Source: Octopus sinensis (taxonomy: Eukaryota). Taken from it: a stretch of 35,993 nucleotides of DNA. The stretch spans positions 1 through 35,993 of the forward strand of contig NW_021828048.1 of the NCBI RefSeq assembly GCF_006345805.1, in the 5' to 3' direction. The position numbers were made by a program, and so were the translations under genes. Of this stretch, positions 1 through 10,769 are shown piece by piece. Within the stretch, counting starts at the first letter, position 1. Every line of letters starts with the position of its first letter. The notes under the pieces were generated by a model that made no database searches, was not told where the DNA came from, and worked only from the letters and a program-made list of their open reading frames with translations.

Positions 1-175
1 TTGGAGAAGTTTAAGCATCTCGGGGTCGTATTTAGGAATGATAGTTAAAGATAAGTTTTGATTTATCGACCTCTGAAGGATTAAAAGTAAAGTTGATCTT
101 AGCAGAATTTGAACCCAGAACTCAAAGAGTCGAAACAAACGCCACTAATGTTTTCTCCGTCTTTCTATTGACTGT
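1..175 (-). mobile_element. Degenerate SINE family A (old subfamily) remnant
   Basis: tttatcgacctctgaaggattaaaagtaaagttgatcttagcagaatttgaacccagaac resembles the reverse complement of the family A body seen intact at 923-1159. Confidence 0.45.
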
Positions 176-227
176 CCGTAAATATCAAGTGAGTATTCTT
201 CGATACTTCTTGATTGCTGCCGACATA

Positions 228-478
228 TTTAGGTCTGTCATGACCACAAGGATTCTTAAGGCTGAGAACTAATCCCTGTTTCCTTCCATGGCAATGACAG
301 AGTTTCATCGAGATGCCAGTCCGTCGCAGAGTTAACTTCCCGGGTATTGTTGGAACTTAGCTACGGCTGAGTGGACTGGAGCAACGTGAAATAAAGAATA
401 CAACGCACTTCCCAGTTCGGGAATCGAAACGTGATTGCATGATGGTGAGTGGAAACCTCTAACTGCTATGCCACGCAC
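228..478 (-). mobile_element. tRNA-derived SINE family D (CORE-like), decayed
   Basis: Reverse complement contains tttcgattcc (B-box-like), tttcacgttgctccagtccactcagc and gcgacggactggcatc, matching the copies at 16820-17314. Confidence 0.6.
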
Positions 479-922
479 ACTTCACACAGCCACGCTGTTG
501 AAGTGTCTAGTTCTAGAGTCTAGAAAATAATTCCAGGCAGCAATTTATATCTTCATTATCACCAGTCATCCATCAATCATCATATTCTCTTTAACTAACG
601 TGTTAAGAAAAACACCAAAAAAAAACAAGAGAAACAAAATGAAAGACAAAACAAAACAATATACAACAGCAACATGAAGCTCGTTTTTACGAGTCAAGAA
701 AAACCAAAGCATCCCATCAATCATATGTTACACGACCAACCGGTTTCTTCATGATATATCATCAATTAAGAATTATATTTTATTAAATTTTAAGACAGAT
801 CAACGTACTTTGAAATTTTTAATCATGCTTTTTTTGATTTTCATGTTTCGATCTTTTAAGAAGCTGTGAGTTGGAAGAATAGTTAAAGAGTTTGAAAAAA
901 ATGCCTTGTGGTAATCCCTCCA

Positions 923-1159
923 GCGGCGAGCTGGCAGAAACGTTAGTACGTCGGGCGAAATGCTTAGCGGTATTTCGTCTGCCGTTACGTTGTGAGTTTC
1001 AAATTCCGCCGAGGTCGACTTTGCCTTCCATCCTTTCGGGGTCGATAAATTAAGTACCAGTTACGCACTGGGGTCGATGTAATCGACTTAATACCTATGT
1101 CTGTGCTTGTTTGTCCCCTCTATGCTTAGCCCCTTGTGGGTAATAAAGAAATAGGTATT
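923..1159 (+). mobile_element. tRNA-derived SINE family A, young full-length copy
   Basis: Head gcggcgagctggcagaaacgttag, B-box-like gagtttcaaattcc, body gaggtcgactttgccttccatcctttcggggtcgataaattaagtacc, tail gccccttgtgggtaataaagaaataggtatt. Near-identical copies at 6460-6693 and 25869-26576. Confidence 0.9.
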
Positions 1160-1319
1160 CCCTCCTGCTTTTTATATGCCCGGAATTTAAATCCTGCTCT
1201 TGTCAACTCTTACCTTTCATCCGTTCCAGATGATGTTGTGGGATCCAAGTTATTAATTGACGGCCAGCTCCCTGTTCCAGTCAAGTTGCTGGCCCAAAGT
1301 AAATTAGAAACAATTGCAA

Positions 1320-1455
1320 ATTTCGCAGGTGTCGACTATGCTTTTCGGCCTGTAGTGGTCGATAAAATTAGTACCAGTTGATCTCTGAGGTCGATGGATT
1401 CAAACTGCCCTCTCCTCTTAAACTGCTGGCCTTGTGCTGAAATTGGAAATCATTA
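1320..1455 (+). mobile_element. SINE family A old subfamily, 3' half
   Basis: gtcgactatgcttttc..gtcgataaaattagtaccagttg followed by the alternative tail aaactgctggccttgtgctgaaattggaaa. Confidence 0.55.
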
Positions 1456-1462
1456 TTATAAA

Positions 1463-1737
1463 TGGTAGTAGTAGTTTTAGTAGTAGTTGTTGTTGTTGCT
1501 GTTGTCGTAGTAATAGTAGTAGTAGTAGTAGTAGTAGTAACAGCAGCAACAGTAGTAGTAGTAGTAGTAGTAGTTTCAGCAGCAGCAGCAGCAGTAGAGT
1601 AGTAGTAGTAGTAGTAGTAGTAGTAGAAGTAGTAGCAGAAGCAGTAGTGGTATCAACAGCAGTAGTAGCAGCAGCAGTACAGTAGTAGCAGAAGCAGTAG
1701 TACTAGTAGTGGTAGCAGCAGCAGCTGTAGCAGTAGC

Positions 1738-1769
<32 letters not shown>

Positions 1770-1771
1770 TG

Positions 1772-1803
<32 letters not shown>

Positions 1804-1929
1804 TGTAGTAGTAGCAGTAGCAGCAGCGGCGGCAGCAGCGGCAGCAGCGGCAGCAGAGGCAGCAGCGGCAGCAGCGGCAGCAGCGGCAGCAGCGGCAGTA
1901 GCGGCAGCAGCGGCAGCAACAGCAGCAGC

Positions 1930-1980
<51 letters not shown>
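1463..1980. repeat. Compound (AGT)n/(AGC)n microsatellite containing a 9-bp GCGGCAGCA array
   Basis: Read directly; ten 9-bp units at 1829-1918, two with single substitutions. Confidence 0.95.
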
Positions 1981-1981
<1 letters not shown>

Positions 1982-2640
1982 TGTGCCTAAGAAGCAAATA
2001 GACAGAATAATTGAATACCAGATATCACGATACATGACACGGAAAAAAACGATAATGGCACATGACAGACGTTGTAATTCCTTTAGGCGAAAAGCATCAC
2101 AGAAAGAGACATAAGAAAGACATTAAACTACGCTAAATTAAACGTAAAACAAAAGAAAATGTCATCGATGTATATATATATTGTCAGCAACAAGTGTGAA
2201 ACACGAAACAGTTTCAAAGACGGAATAAGGTCAATCCTCTACGATATATCGTATCATTTTGAACGCAAGGACGTGAAGACAGATCTGCGAGAGAGCTAAA
2301 AGTCTGCTCTTTGCGGAACAGCTTCTTAGAAATAATTCAATGTAGCATATTTGATTTATATGCGCCGTTGCGAGACAAGTTACGACGGAATTTATCCTGA
2401 GATAACATCTGACTTTGCTACGAGGGCAATAATTTCGAAGGAATAATAATGGTTAGTGGATACCATCGAAGGAAGAAGAAGTGATTGGTATGTTAACTGG
2501 TGCTCTGTGGTGTCGTCCCCGAGTGGATGAGGGTTAAATGCGACCTCGACGAGGTTTGAACGCCAAACGTAAACAAAGGGGTAAAATGATTACTACGTGG
2601 AATTTTCAAACTGTTTCCGCCAGAACGTCGCTGTGTATTC

Positions 2641-2673
2641 AATGATAACAACAACAACAACAACAACAATAAC

Positions 2674-2738
<65 letters not shown>

Positions 2739-2762
2739 TAATAATAATGATAATAATAATAA
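2641..2762. repeat. (AAC)n/(AAT)n microsatellite
   Basis: Read directly. Confidence 0.95.
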
Positions 2763-3318
2763 ATGCCCTGATGCAGTACCAGGCAGTGGCTCTCATGGCT
2801 TCTGATCTTAACTGATTGGAAGTGTTATCATGTACATTGTTTTGTCTTGGTATAAAAGATGGGCTACAGCAAATATTTTGCTCAATACCACAGATTTACT
2901 TGTCAGTTGTTTGACCTTAACCAGTTGAGCATGTCCCTTAGTGGCTGACGATATGTGCATCTCTGATCACGAGCAGAAATAGTGGGGGAGCATCATAGCC
3001 ATGTGCTGAGAGGGATTCTTTGGGGTTTGAATAATTCACCTCTGGAAACATGGGTGGTTCTTTCAACATCCTTAAACAACCCTTATTCAGGGACCTTTTG
3101 AGCGGGATGGGCTACTCAACCTGAAGAAAATTCTAACTGGGCCCCACCTGCAAGGTCATGTGCTGTTTATCTTGATATGAGATCACCATGTCGCGCACAT
3201 ATGGTTGTGATGCATGTGCCTGGTGTACCTTTATCAAACGGGTAGTCATGATGGGTATATTGGGCTTCGTATATTTTACCCCAGTGTCACTTTGATGGCA
3301 TGCACTACTCTCTCACTC
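2763..3318 (+). mobile_element. Unclassified ~555-bp non-coding insertion between two (AAT)n tracts
   Basis: Complex, GC-richer sequence (atgccctgatgcag...ctctcactc) with abrupt AAT repeats on both sides in the same orientation. I see no tRNA head, TIR or recognisable protein. Confidence 0.45.
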
Positions 3319-3413
<95 letters not shown>

Positions 3414-3427
3414 CGATAATAATGACA
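3319..3427. repeat. (AAT)n microsatellite
   Basis: Read directly. Confidence 0.95.
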
Positions 3428-3794
3428 ATTGATATATCAATACCAACAGATGACAACGTGTCTCTAAAAGAAATGGAGAAACTTTTAAAATACAAAGACC
3501 TGGAAATAGAGGTAACCAGAATGTGAAATCTAAAAACAGAAACAATTCCTATCATAGTAGGTGCATTAGGCATGATAAAAAAATATTCAGACAAATACAT
3601 AACAAAAACACCAGGACTTACAAACACATATAACATACAGATAATTGCACTACTAGGCACTGCACACATCCTACGCAGAACACTTTCCATACAATAACGA
3701 TCAGAGCATCACAACAAATCACAGCACATACCTAAGGCACACAGAGCTCCGTTCGGTAGTGCAGTGAAAGCACGCTATAAAAATACGATTACTA
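3428..3794 (+). mobile_element. 5'-truncated R4/Dong-like non-LTR retrotransposon (lineage A): REL endonuclease C-terminus plus 3'UTR
   Basis: Frame from 3428 reads IDISIPTDDNVSLKEMEKLLKYKDLEIEVTRM*NLKTETIPIIVGALGMIKK...IALLGTAHILRRTLSIQ* (premature TGA 3524-3526, stop 3695-3697). The 3'UTR matches 13757-13860 on the minus strand and runs into an AAT tail. Confidence 0.88.
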
Positions 3795-3805
3795 AATAAT
3801 AATAA

Positions 3806-3806
<1 letters not shown>

Positions 3807-3836
<30 letters not shown>

Positions 3837-3960
3837 AAGAAGAAGAAGAAGAAGAAGAAGAAGAAGAAGAAGAAGAAGAAGAAGAAGAAGAAGAAGAAGA
3901 AAAGGAAGAAGAAGAAGAAGAAGAAGAAGAAGAAGAAGAAGAAGAAGAAGAAGAAGAAGA
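3807..3960. repeat. (AAG)n microsatellite
   Basis: Read directly; grows out of the AAT tail of the LINE. Confidence 0.95.
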
Positions 3961-4099
3961 ATTTTGGAGGAGTGGGGGTAGATGGCCCTGTTAGTGTTTT
4001 GAGCAAACTCCTCCAAAGATGTCTGTCTATAATCTTACTAATGTTCTGTATTTTCTTTTATCCTTTTATTCTTCAAGCCCAAGGCTGTGGCCATTCGCG

Positions 4100-4160
4100 C
4101 ATACATATATACATACATACATATATATAATGCGTATGTATGTACATATACGTATATATA

Positions 4161-4199
<39 letters not shown>

Positions 4200-4224
4200 G
4201 TATCTATATATATATATATATGTA

Positions 4225-4271
<47 letters not shown>

Positions 4272-4319
4272 GTAGTAGTAGTAGTAGTAGTAGTAGCAGC
4301 AGCAGCAGCTGTAGTAGTA

Positions 4320-4350
<31 letters not shown>
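4100..4350. repeat. (TACA)n/(TA)n followed by (AGT)n/(AGC)n microsatellites
   Basis: Read directly. Confidence 0.9.
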
Positions 4351-4351
<1 letters not shown>

Positions 4352-4731
4352 AATACAAATTATATTCAGTACTATTTAATCTTTAAAATTTTATGTTTTT
4401 TTTGTTGGTGTTTCTATTTTTTGTACTCTTCTCCTTACATTTGCATTTCACTTATCCACGAAGTCATTTTCAACTTTCCTACCACACATATGTGTACAAA
4501 AAACACTTTCTTTTCTAATTCTTATATGACGTATCCACCATTTTGTTTCCCCTTTCCTTTTTTTCTTTTTGTTTTTGCATAACCGCATGCTTTTGTGATA
4601 GATTGTAATACTGAATATTCAATGCAGAAAGTATCAGAGTTGGTAGGAAGTGTTTCATTACTTAGCTTCTCTTGCCTTCAGTCATAGGTGATGAATCGGC
4701 GAGCAATTGTACAAAATAACTGAAGACAGAA

Positions 4732-4804
<73 letters not shown>

Positions 4805-5018
4805 TAATAATAATAATAATAATATTAATAATAATAGTAACAACAACAACAACAATAATAATAATAATATTAACAACAATAACAGCAATAACAACAATAA
4901 CAACAATAATAACAACACCAACAACAACAATAATAATAATAATGATAATAATAATAACAACAATAATAATAATAATAACAATAACAGCAACAACCAAAGC
5001 AACAACAACAACAACAAC

Positions 5019-5083
<65 letters not shown>
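4732..5083. repeat. (AAT)n/(AAC)n microsatellite
   Basis: Read directly. Confidence 0.95.
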
Positions 5084-5085
<2 letters not shown>

Positions 5086-5565
5086 GCACGTATTGACATG
5101 AAAACACAGAATAATAGAACGCCGTAGACCAGATATTATTATATATGACACGGAAAAAAATCTTTCATAGCAGGCGTTACAAATTATCCTCCAGGCAAAC
5201 ACATTACAGATGAAGTGTTAGGGGAAAAATCTCGTCATATGCTTAAATTAAATGTAGAAAGTATGAGGAATTTGTGGATAGCCTGCAGCAAAAGTGAATG
5301 ATGCACCAGCTATCATTGGAGCATTGCTTTCAAGTCAGCAAGAAAAGAAAAAACAAGTTACTTACCACCTGGAAGGTTTCGATGTCTAGACGGATATGCA
5401 AATACCCCTATATATATTCACTGCTTAGAATATCTTATCTTCTGAGGCATATTTTAAAATTACTTGGCATTTAGTATCAACGAGAAAAGGAAAAGTGTTC
5501 TATGTATATATTGATAAGGTGAAATGAGATTGTAAGTACAATAATAATAACAACGATAGTAATTC

Positions 5566-5940
5566 TTGTATTTCGGGACGGTCATTATTTTATTTTGCCA
5601 AATAAACACACGCACTGTTTATTCGTTCTTCACTCGTTTATTACTGTTCCTATTCTAACTCCGGTCCATTATCCGGAAATCTTTCGTCACACATCTGTGA
5701 CCTCTTCCGCAACACTTTTCGTCTTCGTGTGCGCTCTTGATTTGCAGAATGGAATAAGCAGAGAAAGAGCACGCATGTAGAGGAAAAGTGTCGCTGAAGA
5801 GGTCACAGATGTGTGACGAAAAATTTCCGGACAATGGACAAGAGTTCGAATATAAAAAGTAATAAACGAGTGAAGAACGAATTATAGTGCGTGTATTAAT
5901 AAATATGGCAACAAAATAAAATTGACATTCTGAAATACAA
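5566..5940. mobile_element. Fold-back / MITE-like element with ~173-bp imperfect inverted arms
   Basis: Arm 5566-5738 (ttgtatttcggg...tcgtcacacatctgtgacctcttc...gcgctctt) is the reverse complement of 5765-5940 (aagagcac...gaagaggtcacagatgtgtgacga...gaaatacaa). Spacer is 26 nt. Confidence 0.85.
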
Positions 5941-6289
5941 CAATATCTGTTTCAATACACGGCTCCACATCAAGAATCTTGCAACACAAAATCATAAACG
6001 TAACTACTGTAATGTTTTATTATTTTTGTAATTTTGCCACTACTGTCCCGGTGACAGTGGTACAGGGCGTCCACTTGCATTCTCAGTTGTTGTTTTTTTG
6101 AAGGGGAGGTTCAATGAAAATGCTTTGAACATCTTGCATTGGATCTGGGTTTACATCCCTTAAGTTATTTGGGTCACCGTACTTGTACCAAATTACCACA
6201 AGGCAAGGCGATTTTGAAGAGAGGTGCAAGTTGATTACATCGATTCCATTAACTAAAGCTTGCACTCTTTTGTCATAGTTTCGGAAATG

Positions 6290-6452
6290 GGGGAACCATC
6301 CAGACATAATGGAGAGTGGAAAACAAAAACACAAGGACAATGCTAGACACTGGAATCGCGTTTGATAAAAATATTGTCCGAAAACAAGTAAGAAAACTAT
6401 CAAAATTGAAGGACGTTGAAACTGAAGCATCCAAGATGGTGAATACGTTGCC
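6290..6452 (+). pseudogene. Possible highly decayed REL-endonuclease fragment of an R4-like LINE
   Basis: Across frameshifts it reads NHPDIM...IAFDKNIVRKQVRKLSKLKDVETEASKM, echoing RPDI...KEMEKLSKYKDLEIEVTRM of the Dong-like copies. Confidence 0.3.
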
Positions 6453-6459
6453 AAGAATG

Positions 6460-6693
6460 ATACCTATTTCTTTACTACCCACAAGGGGCTAAACACAGAG
6501 AGGACAAACAAGGACAGACAAGGGGATTAAGTCGGTTACATCGATCCCCAATGCGTAACTGGTACTTTATCTATTGACCCCGAAAGGATGAAAGGCAAAG
6601 TCGACCTCGGCGGAATTTGAACTCAGTACGTAATGGCATACGAAATACCTCTAAGCATTTCGCCCGGCGCGCTAACGTTTCTGCCGGCTCGCC
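6460..6693 (-). mobile_element. SINE family A, young full-length copy
   Basis: Reverse complement of the 923-1159 sequence, from atacctatttctttactacccacaagggg to ctgccggctcgcc. Confidence 0.9.
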
Positions 6694-6854
6694 ACTAGAC
6701 AAAAATGATACCAGTTGTAACTGGAACATTTGACTATGCTCCCCGCTCAAAAGAATTGGCCGTATGCCAAAATTTCAAACTAAATATTACGTTGTGAGTT
6801 CAAATTCCACCGAGGTCGACTTTGCATTTCATCCTTCAAAATTACTACTGCCAC

Positions 6855-6857
6855 TGC

Positions 6858-6889
<32 letters not shown>

Positions 6890-6918
6890 TAGTAGTAGTA
6901 GTAGTAGTAGTAGTAGTA

Positions 6919-6957
<39 letters not shown>

Positions 6958-7014
6958 CAGCAGCAGCAGAAGCAGTAGTAGTAGCAGAAGCAGCAGTACT
7001 AATAGTGGTAGCAA

Positions 7015-7080
<66 letters not shown>

Positions 7081-7272
7081 CAGCAGCACAGCAGCAGCAG
7101 TAGTAGAAGTAGTAGTAGTAGTAGTGGTGGTGGTGGTAGCAGCAGTAATAGTAGCAGAATCAGTAGTACTAGTAGTGGTAGCAACAGCAGCAGTAGTAGT
7201 AGTAGTAGCAGCAGCAGTAGTAGTAGTAGCAGAATCAGCAGTACAGGTAGTGTTAGCAACAGCAGCAGCATC

Positions 7273-7324
<52 letters not shown>

Positions 7325-7338
7325 CAGCAGCAGCAGCA

Positions 7339-7370
<32 letters not shown>

Positions 7371-7400
7371 GTAGTAGTAGTAGCAGCAGCAGCAGCAGCA
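6855..7400. repeat. Compound (AGT)n/(AGC)n microsatellite, preceded by a SINE A fragment at 6788-6837
   Basis: Read directly. Confidence 0.95.
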
Positions 7401-8472
7401 ACATACCGTATTCTTCATACCGTCGTATGAAGAATGACGTTACCAATAAACTGTTGCGCGCGCTCGGTTCCAAACAAGTATCGTTCGGAATCACATTTAT
7501 AATTTTACATTTCTTTTCAAATTTCATGCTATTTACCCAATATAATGAAAATGAATTTGGTTTTTCGAAATAACAATATTAATCTTACATTTAAATTAAA
7601 TTAAATCAAATCGAGTTAAACTAACGTTTTATTTGTATATTCGCAATAAATTTGTTATGAATAAATAAATGCAATATTAATGTTTATTTATTGCAGACAT
7701 TATAATATTAGGTAATATTGGTAAACTACTAAACACTAACAGCACTACCTCCCACCATTACCCTTCAAACAGCAGTTAATATTGCTAATATATATATACA
7801 TATACATACATATATATAGATATATATATATATGTATGTATATATATATATATATATATATGCATATATGGTACAGGACGTCACCAACAGTAAACAACAT
7901 GAAATACGAAAACAAATGAATCGAATACGCAAATAACGTGAGAAAAAAATGGAAAACAGGACAAGTAACACAGAGAAAGGACCCTTCATCAGTTGTCGGC
8001 TGTCTCTCTACTCCACATTTCGAGAAATCAACGACAATATGAGTCTCCGAAGATAGTTGCTCTCATAAGTACCAAAATACAATTTTGGATTGATGGAGGG
8101 TCAAAGTTGGGAACATAAAGAGCACAGTGGAGATATACAAGGATACCGAACGAAAACAAACATGGAGGGTCGTTAGACCTGAACCAGAGGACAATAGCGA
8201 ACGCTGGGAGAAATATTTTCTTTGAAAAGAGAAGAGATTGTAGAGAGAGATAGGAGGCGTCCAGTCCTTAGAACATCTTTGGTGTGTATGTATGTATGTA
8301 TGTATGTATGTATGTATGTATGTATGTATGTATGTATATGGAGTAAGGTGAAATAAAGAATAATAATAGAGTATTTTGCTACAGAACAAAACGTTTTGCT
8401 CACTCCAGACCATGAATACATGCTGCTTCGCTGAAAACTCAAACTAACAGACAACGCGTCTTCACGTGCAGT

Positions 8473-8823
8473 CGGTTACGACGACCTGGGTTCCAGTTGA
8501 TCCGATCAACGGAACAGCCTGCTCGTGAAATTAATGTGCAACTGGCTGAGCACTCCGCAAACACGTGTACCCTTAACGTAGTTCTCGGGGAGATTCAGCG
8601 TGACAAAGAGTGTGACAAGGCTGGCCCTTTGAAATGCAGGTACTACAGAAACAGGAAAAAAGAATGAGGGAAAGTTGTGGTGAAAGAGTACAGCAGGGTT
8701 TGCTACCACCCCTGCCCTAACCTCGTGGAGCTTTAGGTGTTTTCGCTCAATAAACATTCACAACGTCCGGTCAGGAAATTACAGCCGCGAGTCCGCGGCT
8801 CTAACCACTGGGCCATTGCGCCT
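8473..8823 (-). mobile_element. tRNA-derived SINE family C
   Basis: Reverse complement starts aggcgcaatggcccagtggttag (A box) and matches 24385-24763. Candidate 13-bp TSD cttcRcgtgcagt at 8460-8472 and 8827-8839 with one mismatch. Confidence 0.85.
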
Positions 8824-9194
8824 CCACTTCGCGTGCAGTACGTCTATGTGCAAATCTAATGTAAATAATAATGAATGTAAAAGTAATAAAAAATGGCAGT
8901 AATTTAGTATTGTGACAGTTTAATATCAGAACCTGCTGATATGTAAATATGGCGTTTCATCCGGTTTAAGATATGAAACAGCAATAAACTTGTCAAAACA
9001 TTCGATGATTTAGATTTTTTTTTATATTCAGTTATAAATGAAATTGTGTTATAAATGTGTGGGTAGGATCTATGCCAAATTCTTGGTAGCATTTACTTGG
9101 CATGGAACTGTCTTTTTTACGTTCTAAAATGCATCAAACATTCTTTTAGAGTATATATGGAACATATGCATGAGTATGTGTGTGTATATGTGTA

Positions 9195-9227
<33 letters not shown>

Positions 9228-9379
9228 TTGCGTGTGTGTGTGTGTGTGTATGTGTGTGGGTGTAGGTGCATATACAGGGTGTTTAGAAAGTTTCTACGCA
9301 GTAAGTATTTAATGGTTTTCGGTTGATTCTTGTACATTGATCTTTTACTTGCCGCCCACTCCGACATGAGACTGGCGGT

Positions 9380-10470
9380 GTTAAATCAGGTGATTTTGGT
9401 GGTCAAATTCCCTTCGATGTAATCCGTTCACCGAAAACCTTCTTGTCATGCGCACGTTCGATTCTGCCTTCCCCAATTAACGTCCTTAACGGGCATTGGT
9501 GCATGGACCAAGCGGAGACCTAAGCTGAGAGACTGGCGTTTGAAGTGCCGTCAGGCACTCCAGGTACTCTCTCGGGCGGGAAATACCGGCAGCAGGAGTT
9601 CCACCGCGGATTTCTATAGCGAGTTAGTGGAATCTATGTCAGAAGATACCTTAGGGGAGACCCTTCGCTACGATGAAAATCTGTTGGTCAACTGTTCAGG
9701 AGACCATTCGGGCCGAGGTATCTGGATAATTACCAGAAATCCCTGGCAGTGCTTCCATGCGACGTTACCTGTTCGTGACAATCTGTCAAGGCACGGAAGT
9801 GCCGTCTCGCCGACATGCCCGAGGTGTGGGCAGGATAGGGAAACCGTCTTGGACGCATTCGTGGAGTGTCTGGAGTTATCGGGAATGATAGCTTTTGTCA
9901 CACAACTGTTGTCAGTGATGGGAAGAGTACAGCTATCCGCTGAGTATATCATCGAGATTGTGCCACCTCCTTTCCTTAACAAGGAAAGGAAGGCTTGTTT
10001 TCTCTGCGTAGTTGCCATACTGAACGAAACAGTATGGAAGACGCTTATGAAAGGCATAGTGACAGGTACCTTTGTCTCTGGCCAGGGGTTGGTTAAGTTT
10101 TTTAGTTAATACCTTGGTAGTAAGATCAGGCTGGAGAAGAAGTGTCTGTCACGAGATACGTTTCTGAAAAGAGGGAAGCCAGTGGTGAGCAAGCCGGGTT
10201 CGATTGGCACCAATAAGTGAGGTCGGGTTAAAAAGTAAAGGTTCTACCCAGATGGCTGGGTACCTTTCTTTCAACGCTCCTCATTGCGGAACGCAAAGAC
10301 TTATGCAAAATGAAAAATTTTTATTGCATATTTCATCGATTCATTTTTTTTCATCCGATTGATTTTACATTTTTAAAACGTAAAAGCTTCTTCACTCTTT
10401 ATGTTTATCTGTCCTTATCTGTCCCCTCTCTGTTATGCCGGTATGGCAAATCTATATGAAATAAAGAAGC
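9380..10470 (+). mobile_element. 3' fragment of a Tx1/L1-clade LINE (C-terminal zinc-binding region plus 3'UTR), pseudogenised
   Basis: ORF 9540-10109 contains WQCFHATLPVRDNLSRHGSAVSPTCPRCGQDRETVLDAFVEC (CX2CX8[H>D]X4C) and ETVWKT. The frame continues past the TAA at 10107 to a TGA at 10220, then a T-rich UTR ends in aataaagaa. Confidence 0.75.
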
Positions 10471-10623
10471 TTGCTTCCCAACCACACAACCCTGGGTTCA
10501 GTCCCCCTGCATGGCACCTTGCACAAGTGTCTTCTGCTATAACCTAGGGCCGACGAAAACCTTGTGAGTGAATTTGATAGATGGAAATTGAAAGAAGCCC
10601 GTCGTATATATATATATACGAGT

Positions 10624-10662
<39 letters not shown>

Positions 10663-10730
10663 ATCCCCCACCATCGCTTGACAACCGAACTTAGTGGTTC
10701 GGCGAAAGATATAGATAAAACAGGTACAGC
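10464..10730 (+). mobile_element. SINE family B, truncated at both ends, with internal (TA)/(TG) repeat
   Basis: gcttgcttcccaaccac..gggttcagtccc..caagtgtcttctgctata..ccttgtgagtg..gaaagaagcccgtcgta matches 32211-32587. Confidence 0.8.
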
Positions 10731-10769
10731 TGCTTCCTGAGTTATATAGACCCAGAAGGCCGCTTTCCT

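Noticed and set aside
1709-1990. Poly-Ala/Val ORF resembling a transcription-factor low-complexity tract
   Set aside because: It is pure repeat with no flanking coding sequence.
6829-7527. 232-aa ORF that looks mucin-like or homopolymeric
   Set aside because: It is almost entirely the translation of the AGT/AGC microsatellite, with no domain or splice support. The same applies to the many poly-I/L/Y/N and YI-repeat ORFs in the track.
8506-8757. Repeated ORF MFIERKHLKLHE... (also 24431-24682), and MGSKEIGI-type ORFs at 1136, 6273 and 26553
   Set aside because: These are chance frames inside multi-copy SINEs.
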